A stretch of DNA of 64,000 nt from Escherichia phage JS98: sequence record NC_010105.1. One strand, given 5' to 3'. Positions 1-9,675 of this stretch are shown piece after piece; positions within the stretch are counted from its first letter, which is position 1, and every line of letters starts with the position of its first letter. The notes below the pieces were generated by a model that made no database searches, was not told the DNA's origin, and worked only from the letters and a program-made list of their open reading frames with translations. The translations under genes were made by a program, and so were the position numbers.

Positions 1-1
1 T

Positions 2-961
2 AAGGCTCTTCAAGCAAGCCCACTCGCATCCACTAGCGCTACAGAATTGGCTGAGGCCCTTCAAGAAGGTTTGGTGTCATTAACATGTCGTCTGGTTCCT
101 GATGCGGCTCACACAGAGAAATTCGAAGCAGGTGATGTTGAAATTAGTAATGCAGTATTCCAGGTTAATAAATGGAACGCACCTGTTAAGTCTCGTAAAC
201 TTAAAACCGCTTTGACTGTAGAACTAGCCCAAGACATGGAATCCAATGGCTTTGACGCCCCTGCGTTCTTAGAAGACCTTTTAGCCACTGTAATGGCTGA
301 TGAAATCAATAAAGACGTACTACAATCCTTGATTACCGTATCTAAACGTTACAAAGTAACTGGTGTATCTGATAATGGTATTATTGATTTGTCCTATAAT
401 TCCGCCCCAGAAAGTGCACGTAAATTATATGAAATGGTTTGTGAGATGAATTCTGAAATTCAGAAAACCACTTCTTATTCAGGTACGTTTGTTGTCGCAT
501 CTAGTCGTGCTGCTGCTATGCTCGCTGGTTCAGGTTGGTTGAAACATAAACCAGAAGATGAAGCTTGGCTCCCAGAAACTGCTTACGGTTATTTGATTAA
601 TGGATTGCCTGTATTCTGTGATGTTAATAGTCCTTTAGATTATGTTATCGTAGGCGTTAAAGAAGATTACGGCGGTAATGAAGTAGTTGGTTCTATTTTC
701 TATGCTCCATATACCGAAGGTCTGGATTTAGACGACCAAGAACATGTTGGTGCGTATAAAGTTATTGTAGACCCTGATAGTTTACAACCGGCTATTTCTC
801 TGATGGTTCGTTATGCACTTTCAGCAAACCCATATACCGTTGCTAAAGATGATAAAGAAGCTCGTGTTATAGACGCAACTAATATGGATTTAATGGCAGG
901 TCAGAGTAACATGTCTTATCTGCTTGGTGTTAAACTTCCTCCGATTATTTACGAGGCATAA
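2..961 (+). CDS. 23: Major capsid protein gp23, C-terminal part (5' end outside window)
   Basis: Frame is open from nt 2 to the window edge (track start 47 is a TTG); paralogous to the downstream gp24 ORF (shared SRKLKT-LTVELAQD-ESNGF, INKDVLQSLITVS); sits directly upstream of gene 24 as in T4. Confidence 0.8.
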   Translation, partial: KALQASPLASTSATELAEALQEGLVSLTCRLVPDAAHTEKFEAGDVEISNAVFQVNKWNAPVKSRKLKTALTVELAQDMESNGFDAPAFLEDLLATVMADEINKDVLQSLITVSKRYKVTGVSDNGIIDLSYNSAPESARKLYEMVCEMNSEIQKTTSYSGTFVVASSRAAAMLAGSGWLKHKPEDEAWLPETAYGYLINGLPVFCDVNSPLDYVIVGVKEDYGGNEVVGSIFYAPYTEGLDLDDQEHVGAYKVIVDPDSLQPAISLMVRYALSANPYTVAKDDKEARVIDATNMDLMAGQSNMSYLLGVKLPPIIYEA

Positions 962-2245
962 ATGAAAAAGATTAATGCATTAATACAAGAATCAACTTTG
1001 ACGGCGGCCAACCAGGTCGCCCGTCCTAATCTTCTTTCATATACCCAGGCAACTAATAAAAGAATTTTTAAAGCCCTTGTTGCTGAACAAAAAACTACTC
1101 AACCTGTTGCAGCATTATATGGTGTCCGTGTTTTAAACCCAGACGATAAAATGACTTATCTCGGCGGAGCCACTTTTGCAGGCGAAATTGGTATGTTCGA
1201 ACGTAAAAACATTCCTGAGTTCACCGATAAAGACGAAGCATATGCTGTTGGCGATATGTTCCAATTCGAAAGTGTGGTTTTCAAGGTATTAGAAGCTTCT
1301 CCGTTTGCAGGAACAACTGAAACCGATTTGAGTGAAGTTATTTCAGAAGCTATTGCCGCGGGCCATATTCGTATGATGTCTGATGCAGCCTTTACCAATA
1401 AATTTGAAAAAGGTCATCCTGAGATTGCTGAAGCAGGGTTCCGTATTGATAAGTGGCAGACTGAAGTTAAATCGCGTAAACTTAAAACTTCTTTGACTGT
1501 GGAACTGGCCCAGGATTTAGAATCCAACGGGTTTAATGCACCGGACTTTATAGACAATATTTTGGCTATTCAAATGGCTGAAGAAATTAATAAAGACGTA
1601 TTACAGTCCTTAATTACAGTAAGTTCTCGTTTTAAAGTCCAAGGAGTTTCTGAGAAAGGTGTCTTGAACTTAACAGACCCACAATACGATAACGCCCAAG
1701 ACCGAGCACGTACCTTGTATTACTATATGTGTGAAATGAATTCTGCTGTTCAACGCCAGACTTCGTTTGCAGGTACTTATGCAGTAGCTTCTTCTCGCTG
1801 CGCTGCTATTTTAGCTGCATCCGGTTGGGTTGAGAAAAAAGAAGACCAAGACGAATTAGCTTATGGCGTATTAAAGAACGGTCTACCACTTTATGCTGAT
1901 ATGAACAGCCCGTGTGATTATGTTATTGTCGGTGTAAATGCTCAGATGGGTGAAGGGCAGACGGTCGCATCTTTGTATTATGCGCCTTATACGGAAGGGC
2001 TCGAAGAGGTTGATGATGAAGGTGATACTTCAGTAGGTGAATTCAAGGTTATTGTAGACCCGGATTCATTGCAACCTACCATATCTTTATTGGCTCGGTA
2101 TGCATTGACTGCGAATCCTTATACCGTCGCTAAAGACGACAAAGAAGCTCGTATTATTGATGGTGCGGATATGGACAAAATGGCTAATCAAAGTCAATTG
2201 AGTTCTTATCTTGGTGTAAAACTTCCTCCATTGGATAAAAACTAA
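962..2245 (+). CDS. 24: Head vertex protein gp24
   Basis: 427 aa, same length as T4 gp24; gp23 paralog; followed by rnlB as in T4. Confidence 0.85.
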   Translation: MKKINALIQESTLTAANQVARPNLLSYTQATNKRIFKALVAEQKTTQPVAALYGVRVLNPDDKMTYLGGATFAGEIGMFERKNIPEFTDKDEAYAVGDMFQFESVVFKVLEASPFAGTTETDLSEVISEAIAAGHIRMMSDAAFTNKFEKGHPEIAEAGFRIDKWQTEVKSRKLKTSLTVELAQDLESNGFNAPDFIDNILAIQMAEEINKDVLQSLITVSSRFKVQGVSEKGVLNLTDPQYDNAQDRARTLYYYMCEMNSAVQRQTSFAGTYAVASSRCAAILAASGWVEKKEDQDELAYGVLKNGLPLYADMNSPCDYVIVGVNAQMGEGQTVASLYYAPYTEGLEEVDDEGDTSVGEFKVIVDPDSLQPTISLLARYALTANPYTVAKDDKEARIIDGADMDKMANQSQLSSYLGVKLPPLDKN

Positions 2246-2248
2246 AAA

Positions 2249-2264
2249 GGGACCTTACGGTCCC
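2249..2264. terminator. Bidirectional hairpin terminator GGGACC-TTAC-GGTCCC between gene 24 and rnlB
   Basis: Perfect 6 bp stem, tetraloop, T-run on + side and A-run (U-run on - transcript) on the other. Confidence 0.6.
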
Positions 2265-2273
2265 TTTGTCGTC

Positions 2274-3278
2274 TTATGACACTAATTCAATCCATACGGC
2301 TCGTAAGGTATCTTTTACGCACTCAACGAGCTGCTTTTTAACTTCAACAGGATTTTCGGCATCAGTTAATTCTAATTCTTCACGGGCAGCTTCTTCAAGG
2401 ATATCTTGAACTGTCAAGCCCATTACCTTTCCAAAATCCTTTTTAGATACTTCACCAATCTTACTGATGACATTATTAATGCGGTTAACAGTCACATAAT
2501 CAGTGAATTGCCACATCAAATCCATATCATCTTGGGATAAAACCACTGCAGCTTTAATAGGCTTATCAGACTTTTTCTTCTCGCTGAATTTAGAGTTCTT
2601 ACATTTAATCGCTACACGATTTCCATTAGGAAGCCAGGTAGGAATATCAGGTTTAAGTACAAAGCCTTCAGCCGTGAATACTTTACCTTCTACCTTAGGA
2701 ATAAAGTCTGTCGAGTTTGCAATAGTTAAGCCAGCGTTATCCACCGCAAAATTGTAATCTGGGATAACAGAATCAAAATCATTAGGAAGTTTAATAAGGT
2801 CTTCAAAGCTACCAGTAGCCAAACATGGAGCTACCTTAAACTTATGGATAATACAGAAGGCTTCCATCAATGTATCGGTTAGAACAGATTCAGTGCCATC
2901 TTCCTTAGTAACTCGGATATCGAACACATAAAAGTCTTTATCACCGTAGTCCACATTCTTCTGGATACCTGGCCCAGCTAATTCGCCATAAATCTGGTAT
3001 GACTGGTAATTAATCGATTCAATTAGATGTTGAACAGATTTAATAGAATCAGCGTAGTTCTTGAGTACAATTTCATAACCATAGAAATCTTCAGCAGGGA
3101 GGATAGGGCCAGTGCGCTTGGCGCATGTGACTGCGTCACGTTCTATGATTAAACTAAAGTTGGTTCCATGAATCTTCTCACGTGCTACCCATTCACCACC
3201 AGTCAAACCGTTAGTACGGAGTTTTTCGATAAACTTACTGTTGTAGTGGTTTTCGAGACTGCTATATTTCTTGAACAT
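2274..3278 (-). CDS. rnlB: RNA ligase 2 (Rnl2)
   Basis: 334 aa; N-terminus [16 protein letters not shown]...KIHGTN matches recalled T4 Rnl2 including the KxHG adenylation lysine motif. Confidence 0.92.
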   Translation of the reverse strand: MFKKYSSLENHYNSKFIEKLRTNGLTGGEWVAREKIHGTNFSLIIERDAVTCAKRTGPILPAEDFYGYEIVLKNYADSIKSVQHLIESINYQSYQIYGELAGPGIQKNVDYGDKDFYVFDIRVTKEDGTESVLTDTLMEAFCIIHKFKVAPCLATGSFEDLIKLPNDFDSVIPDYNFAVDNAGLTIANSTDFIPKVEGKVFTAEGFVLKPDIPTWLPNGNRVAIKCKNSKFSEKKKSDKPIKAAVVLSQDDMDLMWQFTDYVTVNRINNVISKIGEVSKKDFGKVMGLTVQDILEEAAREELELTDAENPVEVKKQLVECVKDTLRAVWIELVS

Positions 3279-3392
3279 AAATCACCATAATAAATATAAT
3301 TAAATAGAAGAGCTAGTAGTCTTCTGTCACCAAGCCAAATGGTTTAACGGAAGGACCTAGACCCATTATAACACACCTAAATTTAAAGCATA

Positions 3393-3602
3393 TTAATTTG
3401 AACTAGAACGCGCTTTGCGCCGAACCTTGTTGTTCAATCTTTTACGATAAACAATCTTTTCTTTCGCTTTAAATTTGGCCTTGGCTTGTTCTACATCAAC
3501 CCATGCTTTGGCCATGTCCTTAGCGGTCCCGCCCATTTTTTTAGCAATTTCTATAAAATTCAACCCAGATTCGTGTAAAAAATGTACTTTAACCTTATCC
3601 AT
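3393..3602 (-). CDS. Small basic protein with HTH-like segment (24.2/24.3-like position)
   Basis: 69 aa ORF with ATG; own early promoter upstream; function unknown. Confidence 0.5.
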   Translation of the reverse strand: MDKVKVHFLHESGLNFIEIAKKMGGTAKDMAKAWVDVEQAKAKFKAKEKIVYRKRLNNKVRRKARSSSN

Positions 3603-3632
3603 AACAATTCTCTCGTTGAGTCGGTAAAACTC

Positions 3633-3662
3633 ATCTTAACATAGAATTTTTAACTTGTAAAC
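3633..3662 (-). promoter_or_regulatory. T4-type early promoter (-35 GTTTACA, 17 nt spacer, -10 TAAGAT)
   Basis: rc of 3656-3662 is GTTTACA; -10 at 3633-3638; about 30 nt upstream of the 3602 start codon. Confidence 0.5.
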
Positions 3663-3688
3663 AGGAATTTTGTACTTTAATGCAAAAT

Positions 3689-3702
3689 GGGCCTTGCGGC
3701 CC
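3689..3702 (-). terminator. Hairpin GGGCC-TTGC-GGCCC 5 nt downstream of hoc stop
   Basis: On the - transcript the stem is followed by AUUUUGCAUU. Confidence 0.55.
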
Positions 3703-3706
3703 TTAA

Positions 3707-4555
3707 TTAATAAACGTAATCGTATATAATACCAGCTTCTAAAGCGGTGCGATGAATAATTCGTCCATTACGAGATTCTTGTACATCAACCTCCGGATAA
3801 TCGGTAATCATTTTTTGAAGTGTATATCGGTGCAAATAATACGGGCTATCTGGGTCATCAGTTTTCCAGTCTTGTCCGGCAAGAGTCATTTTCTGAATTT
3901 CATCCATAACCCACCAACCACACCAGATATAAGCTGAATTACGTACTGGCAATGGATGAACGTAAGGTAATTCGCCATCTGGAACAGGTGCGACTTTAGC
4001 TGTGACTGTTACATTACCAGTTTTTGTGACAGTTGCCTGGTTATAATCTGTAGCAGATACAACAACAGAAACTTCAATTAACTGGGAACCTTCGGCGCTT
4101 GTGTCGATTGCTAAAGTATCCGTGGTGCCAACTACAGGAGAACCGTCTTTCTTCCAAGAATAGGCAAAAGTAGCACCAGCAGGCGCACCGGCTACAGTAG
4201 CTTTAAAAGAAGCCGGAGTTCCTTCAGGAACATTAATTGATTCTGGGGTTAATGTAACAGAAACACCTGACATTGTTTTATTCTGGATAGTTAAAGTTGT
4301 CTCAGCCTCAGCAGTTTCCGGTTCACCGTCTGCCGGAGTGGTAGTTGCAACAACTTTAATAGTCTTACTGCCTGCTGGACCAACAGCGACATAAGCCATT
4401 GCTGCAGTTACAGAAGATTGAGGAACGCCATCAACGGTCCAGACAAATGATTCGGTACCTTCAGCTGCAGCACCGGAACCAGTCGCAGTGAAATTGGTTG
4501 TTGCTCCAATAACGGCCGTAGCCGCCAAAGGAGCAATATCTACGGTATAAGCCAT
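3707..4555 (-). CDS. hoc: Hoc, highly immunogenic outer capsid protein (Ig-like repeats)
   Basis: 282 aa, T/V/A-rich beta-sandwich-like repeats then conserved C-terminal capsid-binding-like region; position after rnlB block and before inh as in T4. Confidence 0.75.
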   Translation of the reverse strand: MAYTVDIAPLAATAVIGATTNFTATGSGAAAEGTESFVWTVDGVPQSSVTAAMAYVAVGPAGSKTIKVVATTTPADGEPETAEAETTLTIQNKTMSGVSVTLTPESINVPEGTPASFKATVAGAPAGATFAYSWKKDGSPVVGTTDTLAIDTSAEGSQLIEVSVVVSATDYNQATVTKTGNVTVTAKVAPVPDGELPYVHPLPVRNSAYIWCGWWVMDEIQKMTLAGQDWKTDDPDSPYYLHRYTLQKMITDYPEVDVQESRNGRIIHRTALEAGIIYDYVY

Positions 4556-4564
4556 AATAAACCC

Positions 4565-5236
4565 TTATTTTAAAGTGATAAAAGATGAGTTACGAGTTTC
4601 TCGTACTAGAACAGACCCATTACGATTGATGTAATAAATCAAGCTGAATAGCGTTTGGTGTGCGGTAGGATGTTGGAAACTGGTTGGACGTTCTTTCCAG
4701 TCCGGAGTCTCAGAAATCCACTGATAAATCCACCATGGAACAGTACAGAATCCAGGGTTCTTACCGATAAGCAAAAGATTAGGACTGAAGTTTTCGGGTA
4801 AAGAGAACACAGGTTTTTCCGATTCAATAACCTTGGTTACAGCCTCTTTGAATTTCTCTTCGACAAACGGGACATCCTCTTCAATAATCTCTACCTTAGG
4901 AAGTTCGGCTACCTCTATTACTTCAACAACCGCCTCAGGAGCATCGAACAGCACGGTTGCTTCTTCTTTAGCTGGTTCTGCACCTTCGATAAAATCGTTA
5001 TCACCGGTGAGTTCGTCAGCAGCATCAATCAAATCAGAAATAGACAAACCTTCGGTTTCTGGGAGTGGTTCGTCAGCCAAGGCTTTAAGCCCTTCAGAGA
5101 TATCGATAATCAAATTATCAAACGAACGGGTTTTCTTAAGTTTTAAACCGAACTGTTCGCCGTATTCGATTAACTTAGCTTTAGCTTCTTTTTTATCTTC
5201 GAGTGCACGAAGCTCTTCAATATATTGAGTATCCAT
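4565..5236 (-). CDS. inh: Inh, inhibitor of prohead protease
   Basis: 223 aa acidic protein at the T4 inh position (between hoc and uvsW); late promoter upstream. Confidence 0.65.
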   Translation of the reverse strand: MDTQYIEELRALEDKKEAKAKLIEYGEQFGLKLKKTRSFDNLIIDISEGLKALADEPLPETEGLSISDLIDAADELTGDNDFIEGAEPAKEEATVLFDAPEAVVEVIEVAELPKVEIIEEDVPFVEEKFKEAVTKVIESEKPVFSLPENFSPNLLLIGKNPGFCTVPWWIYQWISETPDWKERPTSFQHPTAHQTLFSLIYYINRNGSVLVRETRNSSFITLK

Positions 5237-5253
5237 AATTAGTCTCTTGTTGG

Positions 5254-5261
5254 TGTATAAA
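5254..5261 (+). promoter_or_regulatory. Late promoter TATAAATA (uvsW)
   Basis: Exact TATAAATA about 30 nt upstream of uvsW ATG. Confidence 0.6.
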
Positions 5262-5267
5262 TATAGT

Positions 5268-5275
5268 TATATTTA
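5268..5275 (-). promoter_or_regulatory. Late promoter TATAAATA (inh-hoc operon)
   Basis: rc of TATTTATA; about 30 nt upstream of inh ATG; divergent with the uvsW late promoter. Confidence 0.6.
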
Positions 5276-5291
5276 TAACTGAGAATTACTT

Positions 5292-6788
5292 ATGCAAATT
5301 CAAGTACATTTTGATAATTTTAGTCATGTCCGTATCGAGTGTGATGAATCTACATTCTACGAACTCAGAGACTATTTTAGCTTTGAAGCTGATGGGTATA
5401 AATTCAACCCTAAATTTCGTTATGGGCAATGGGATGGACGTATTCGTCTTCTGGATTATAACCGTAAACTGCCTTATGGACTTGTTCCTCAAATTAAAAA
5501 GTTCGCTGAACAATTTGAATATTCTCTGTGGATTGACCCACGTATTCTTGAACAGGAAGATATTTCTCGTGAAGATTTTGACTCATGGGTAGCTTCTCAA
5601 GAAATTTATTCAGGGTCTACCAAGATTGAGCCTCATTGGTATCAGAATGAAGCCGTATACAACGGCCTGACAAAACGTCGCGCAATTCTGAATTTACCTA
5701 CATCCGCAGGTAAATCATTAATCCAGGCACTCCTGAGTCGATATTACGTTGAGAACTATGAAGGTAAAATCCTTATCTTAGTTCCTACTACTGCACTTGT
5801 CGACCAGATGATTAATGACTTCATTGATTATCGTTTGTTCCCTAAAGATGCTATGCTTGGTATTCGTTCAGGTACTGCTCGTGATTCCGATGCAATGATT
5901 TATGTTTCAACTTATCAAACGGCTATTAAACAACCTAAAGAATGGTTTGCTCAGTTTGGTATGTTTATGAACGACGAATGCCATTTGGCAACAGGTAAAT
6001 CAATTTCTACTATCATCGAAGGCCTAACCAATTGTATGTTTAAATTCGGTTTGTCTGGTTCTTTAAAAGATGGTAAAGCCAATTTAATGCAATATATGGG
6101 TTTATTTGGTGATGTGTTTAAGCCAGTATCCACTTCGCAGTTAATGGAAGAAGGACAGGTTACAGACCTTAAAATCAACAGTATTTTCCTTCGGTACCCA
6201 GACGAATTCACTGTTAAGATGAAAGGTAAAGATTACCAATCAGAAATAAAGGTCATTACTAAGGCTACTCGTCGTAATAAATGGGTTGCTAATTTAGCTG
6301 TTAAACTCGCTAAGAAAGAAGAGAACGTATTCCTGATGTTTAAAAACATCGAGCACGGTAAAACTCTTTTTGAAATGGTTAAAGAGCAACATAAAGAAGT
6401 TTATTACGTATCAGGTGAAGTTAATACCGAAACGCGTAATGCTCTGAAAGTAATGGCGGAAAATGGTAAGGGTATTATTGTTGTGGCAAGTTATGGTGTG
6501 TTCTCTACTGGTATTTCCGTTAAGAACCTTCACCATGTTGTATTTGCTCATCCGGTAAAATCCAAAATCATTGTACTCCAGACAATCGGTCGTGTACTCC
6601 GTAAACATGCTTCTAAATCAACAGCACAAGTTTGGGACATTATAGACGACATGGGCGTTAAGCCTAAATCAGCAAATGCTAAAAAGAAATATGTTCATTT
6701 GAATTATGCATTAAAACATGCCTTAGAACGTATTCAACGTTATGCTGACGAGAAATTTAATTACGTAATGAAACAGGTGGATTTATGA
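5292..6788 (+). CDS. uvsW: UvsW SF2 DNA/RNA helicase
   Basis: 498 aa; Walker A LPTSAGKS, DEAH-like MNDECH, helicase C motifs; T4 position. Confidence 0.9.
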   Translation: MQIQVHFDNFSHVRIECDESTFYELRDYFSFEADGYKFNPKFRYGQWDGRIRLLDYNRKLPYGLVPQIKKFAEQFEYSLWIDPRILEQEDISREDFDSWVASQEIYSGSTKIEPHWYQNEAVYNGLTKRRAILNLPTSAGKSLIQALLSRYYVENYEGKILILVPTTALVDQMINDFIDYRLFPKDAMLGIRSGTARDSDAMIYVSTYQTAIKQPKEWFAQFGMFMNDECHLATGKSISTIIEGLTNCMFKFGLSGSLKDGKANLMQYMGLFGDVFKPVSTSQLMEEGQVTDLKINSIFLRYPDEFTVKMKGKDYQSEIKVITKATRRNKWVANLAVKLAKKEENVFLMFKNIEHGKTLFEMVKEQHKEVYYVSGEVNTETRNALKVMAENGKGIIVVASYGVFSTGISVKNLHHVVFAHPVKSKIIVLQTIGRVLRKHASKSTAQVWDIIDDMGVKPKSANAKKKYVHLNYALKHALERIQRYADEKFNYVMKQVDL

Positions 6789-7012
6789 AGTCCTTTAAAG
6801 AAGTTATCTATGAAGCCTCTATCGAGAGCTTCATGTCTAAAATTAGTTCCTGTCAGACCATGGAAGGTCTGGAGGAATTAGAGAAGTATTACAAAACTCG
6901 TAGTAAGGAAGCCGAACTTCGTGATTCGGATGATATCAGCGTACGCGATGCATTGGCTGGTAAGAGAGCCGAATTGGAGTCGATGGACGACGAGGAAGAG
7001 GAAGATTTCTAA
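6785..7012 (+). CDS. uvsW.1: UvsW.1 small acidic protein
   Basis: 75 aa ORF overlapping uvsW stop (ATGA coupling), as in T4. Confidence 0.75.
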   Translation: MKSFKEVIYEASIESFMSKISSCQTMEGLEELEKYYKTRSKEAELRDSDDISVRDALAGKRAELESMDDEEEEDF

Positions 7013-7019
7013 ACAAAAA

Positions 7020-7042
7020 GGGCCCAACCTTTCGGAAGGGCC
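7020..7042. terminator. Bidirectional hairpin between uvsW.1 and the uvsY operon
   Basis: GGCCC..CCTT-TCGG-AAGG..GGGCC nested stem; A-run upstream on + strand gives a U-run on the - transcript. Confidence 0.55.
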
Positions 7043-7072
7043 AATAACCATAAAATGGCTATACACACTAGA

Positions 7073-7240
7073 CTAAAGTAATAATTGTGTTTCGTTCAGC
7101 TGTTCTTCAGTGTTTTCCGTAACAGGCATGCTTTGAACGTAATTATAACATGAACCCGGATGAACCGGACCTTTTTCTGTTTCAACAACCAATGCAGCAT
7201 CGATTGGAGTTTTACAGACAACGCAAATCTTATCTGACAT
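7073..7240 (-). CDS. Small CxxC protein (uvsY.-2-like)
   Basis: Manually read 55 aa ORF MSDKICVVCKTPIDAALVVETEKGPVHPGSCYNYV...; ATG preceded by GGAGA SD. Confidence 0.5.
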   Translation of the reverse strand: MSDKICVVCKTPIDAALVVETEKGPVHPGSCYNYVQSMPVTENTEEQLNETQLLL

Positions 7241-7268
7241 GATTGTCTCCTTAGTTTAACTTACATAT

Positions 7269-7367
7269 CTATTTATTACTTGCTAAAGCGGCATTAATGA
7301 ATTCTTGGAGAAGTTTCATCTTATTGGCATCTACTTTAATGGGTTTGGTATTTTTAGTACGTCTCAT
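7269..7367 (-). CDS. Small basic ORF (uvsY.-1-like)
   Basis: Manually read 32 aa ORF whose ATG overlaps the uvsY stop (TAATG coupling). Confidence 0.35.
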   Translation of the reverse strand: MRRTKNTKPIKVDANKMKLLQEFINAALASNK

Positions 7368-7801
7368 TATTTGCCAGCCTCAAATTGTCTCATTTCATGC
7401 ATGGTCTTAAGGTTAAAACCTCGCGCCTTAATAGCATCCAGTGCCGAACTACAAAAGTCCTGTAATAAAGCCCAATACTGGATTGATGTATCTATTTTAA
7501 TCACGCTAGAATCTGCGGCCATTACAGTCTTTAATTCTGACTTCTCGTATTGGTCCATACAAACCTCATCACCAGGCTCTCCACGTCCCGTGTAGAAATC
7601 TAATCGCTTCTTAAGAGAGGTCTTTTTCTGGATTTCTAATCGCATTATCTCTTTCTTACAATTCGTATACAGCCTTAGCCATTTGCTGTGCAGCAAAACG
7701 TTATTCTGTACTTCATACTGTAAACGAGTCCCATCAATCTTTAAATCTTCATCCAAAGCATCTTGGAATGATTCCAATTTATATTCAATCTCTTTACTCA
7801 T
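7367..7801 (-). CDS. uvsY: UvsY recombination mediator
   Basis: Matches recalled T4 UvsY (TRLQYEV.NNV.L.SKWL, EAGK C-terminus); likely start is the internal ATG at 7801 (track start 7834 is upstream). Confidence 0.88.
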   Translation of the reverse strand: MSKEIEYKLESFQDALDEDLKIDGTRLQYEVQNNVLLHSKWLRLYTNCKKEIMRLEIQKKTSLKKRLDFYTGRGEPGDEVCMDQYEKSELKTVMAADSSVIKIDTSIQYWALLQDFCSSALDAIKARGFNLKTMHEMRQFEAGK

Positions 7802-7831
7802 CGCATGTTTCCTGTGTAATAACCATAGGAC

Positions 7832-7859
7832 CATTATACACTATTCATTTGAACAGCAA
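7832..7859 (-). promoter_or_regulatory. Candidate MotA-dependent middle promoter of uvsY
   Basis: rc reads TGCTGTTCA then 12 nt then TATAAT; the MotA box is imperfect. Confidence 0.35.
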
Positions 7860-8249
7860 TTAACCACTCTGTGAGAGCTGGATTCTAATTTGCTCTAATG
7901 TATCCGGGTCATCAACAATACTAAACTGGACGGTTACTATAATAGAGTTGTCATCATAAACAGGGGTAACGCCTACGGCAAGGGCAGAAATTCTAGGTTC
8001 GAAGTTCCGCACAGCGGAAACTATATTACGCTTAATGGTATCCGTAATTAATGGGGTGATATTCTCAAATAGTTGATTACTGATATCACAACCAAATTCA
8101 GGCATAAAAGGGCGAGAACCTTTACGAGTAGTAATAATGCCTAACAAACTATTTTTTACTGCACGGGCCCCTGTAGCTTTAGCGACGTCTCTATTCCAAG
8201 ACGTCCTCATTTCAGGGTCTAAATCTGAATACATTTTATCGATATTCAT
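7860..8249 (-). CDS. 25: Baseplate wedge subunit gp25
   Basis: 129 aa; T4 order 26-25-uvsY; start overlaps gp26 stop. Confidence 0.8.
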   Translation of the reverse strand: MNIDKMYSDLDPEMRTSWNRDVAKATGARAVKNSLLGIITTRKGSRPFMPEFGCDISNQLFENITPLITDTIKRNIVSAVRNFEPRISALAVGVTPVYDDNSIIVTVQFSIVDDPDTLEQIRIQLSQSG

Positions 8250-8872
8250 TACATCACCTTAAAGAACTCTTTAAGTCCCTCAATAACGTGGACGGTATGC
8301 TCACCACATTCACAAGAAATAGGTATGGCCAAAATAGGCTTAGGGGCGACTAGAGCATCATAAATTTCTTTTACATCTTTTTCTGTTATCACAGAATAAA
8401 GGTCGTCTAGTTCCGCATCACTTAAATCAGAAAGAAGAAGCTTTTCGCCTGCAGAAGTTAAAATATAATCGATACATCCTGCAACCATCATAGCCCTATT
8501 TTTGTCTTCAAAGAGCTTAGGATATCTGAACACTATTTTAAAGTTGCCGAAGTCCTTAATAATATCAGGCTCTTTACCTAATGTAGCGCGAGTTAACGTC
8601 ATAGGGACAATCTGTGAGCGACCACAACTACAAACCCACTCACGTTCTATATTCACTTCAGCTAGTGAATGGGCCCACAGGTTTATCACCAGGAGCTCAG
8701 ATTCTTGCTTGTTTAAACCACGAGCATCTGTGCAATTCAAAATGAGTTCATTGATAAAGGGCTCTATTCTGTCTTCTAATTTAGCTTGGAGCAAGTCCTT
8801 ATACTCTCTGAGGGTAAATGCTCTGCATTTTATGGTCTTGTTTTTAATTTTTACGTCAAAAGTATAATTCAT
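8249..8872 (-). CDS. 26: Baseplate hub subunit gp26
   Basis: 207 aa; divergent from gene 51 across a shared late-promoter region as in T4. Confidence 0.75.
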   Translation of the reverse strand: MNYTFDVKIKNKTIKCRAFTLREYKDLLQAKLEDRIEPFINELILNCTDARGLNKQESELLVINLWAHSLAEVNIEREWVCSCGRSQIVPMTLTRATLGKEPDIIKDFGNFKIVFRYPKLFEDKNRAMMVAGCIDYILTSAGEKLLLSDLSDAELDDLYSVITEKDVKEIYDALVAPKPILAIPISCECGEHTVHVIEGLKEFFKVM

Positions 8873-8890
8873 TGTCTTCTCCTTTAAGCT

Positions 8891-8902
8891 TATTTATAAA
8901 TA
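8891..8902. promoter_or_regulatory. Divergent late promoters (TATAAATA on + for gene 51; TATAAATA on - for 26/25)
   Basis: Sequence TATTTATAAATA contains the motif on both strands. Confidence 0.55.
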
Positions 8903-8922
8903 CATCAATAAGAGGATACCCT

Positions 8923-9675
8923 ATGGCTAATATAGTACGTTGCGAAATGCCTGATGGAGTCCACCGATTTAAACCTTTTACAGTAGCTGATTATCGTGAT
9001 TTTATTTTGATTCGAAATGATATGAATAATAAATCACCTGAAGAGCAAAAACAAATTTTAGATGAGTTACTGGAAGAATACTTTGGTGAGTACCCTGTGT
9101 CATGGCGCCCATACATGTTTATTGAATTGTATACGTCATCTCTCGGCAAGACCAAAATTCCTATCCGATACACTTGCAGTAAGTGTGAAAAGGATAAACA
9201 AGTCTTATTCAATTTGAAGCAGGCCAAGTTAGATAACCCTACAATTGAAGTGGCTGGCTTGAAACTAACATTCAAATTTCCGGAAATAGAATATCACGAC
9301 AAATCTGAATTGATTTTGAACACCCTCCAAACAGTAGAAGATGAAAATGGGACCTATAATTGGACTGACCTTTCTGAAGAAGACCAGTTAGCCGTAATAG
9401 ATGCTATAGACTTATCTACTTTAGAGGATATAGTCAAACAAACAAGCCCTATTCATTTCGAGCTCAAATACGGGTGCTGTAATCGTAGAACAATTACATA
9501 CACTGACATTTTAGAAGTGTTTAAACTTATAGTCAATCCGGATGAGATATTTTTATTTTACCAAATAAACCATTTACTGGTAAAGAACAATTATTCATTA
9601 GAAAGCATTATGCAGATGATTCCAATTGAACGCGGCATTGCTTTGTCTTTGGTTGAAAAGGACCTTAAGAAATGA
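8923..9675 (+). CDS. 51: Baseplate hub assembly protein gp51
   Basis: 250 aa from the ATG at 8923 (track start 8872 lies upstream of the late promoter); position as in T4. Confidence 0.75.
   Translation: MANIVRCEMPDGVHRFKPFTVADYRDFILIRNDMNNKSPEEQKQILDELLEEYFGEYPVSWRPYMFIELYTSSLGKTKIPIRYTCSKCEKDKQVLFNLKQAKLDNPTIEVAGLKLTFKFPEIEYHDKSELILNTLQTVEDENGTYNWTDLSEEDQLAVIDAIDLSTLEDIVKQTSPIHFELKYGCCNRRTITYTDILEVFKLIVNPDEIFLFYQINHLLVKNNYSLESIMQMIPIERGIALSLVEKDLKK

Noticed and set aside
47-2245. Possible recent tandem duplication of a capsid gene
   Set aside because: The similarity reflects the ancient gp23/gp24 paralogy conserved in T4-like phages; the lengths (longer upstream gene, 427 aa downstream gene) fit 23 and 24.
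4833-5228. 131 aa serine-rich ORF antisense to inh
   Set aside because: Low-complexity antisense frame inside inh.
8872-8922. N-terminal extension of gene 51 (track start at 8872)
   Set aside because: The late promoter TATAAATA lies inside this extension, so translation most likely starts at the ATG at 8923.
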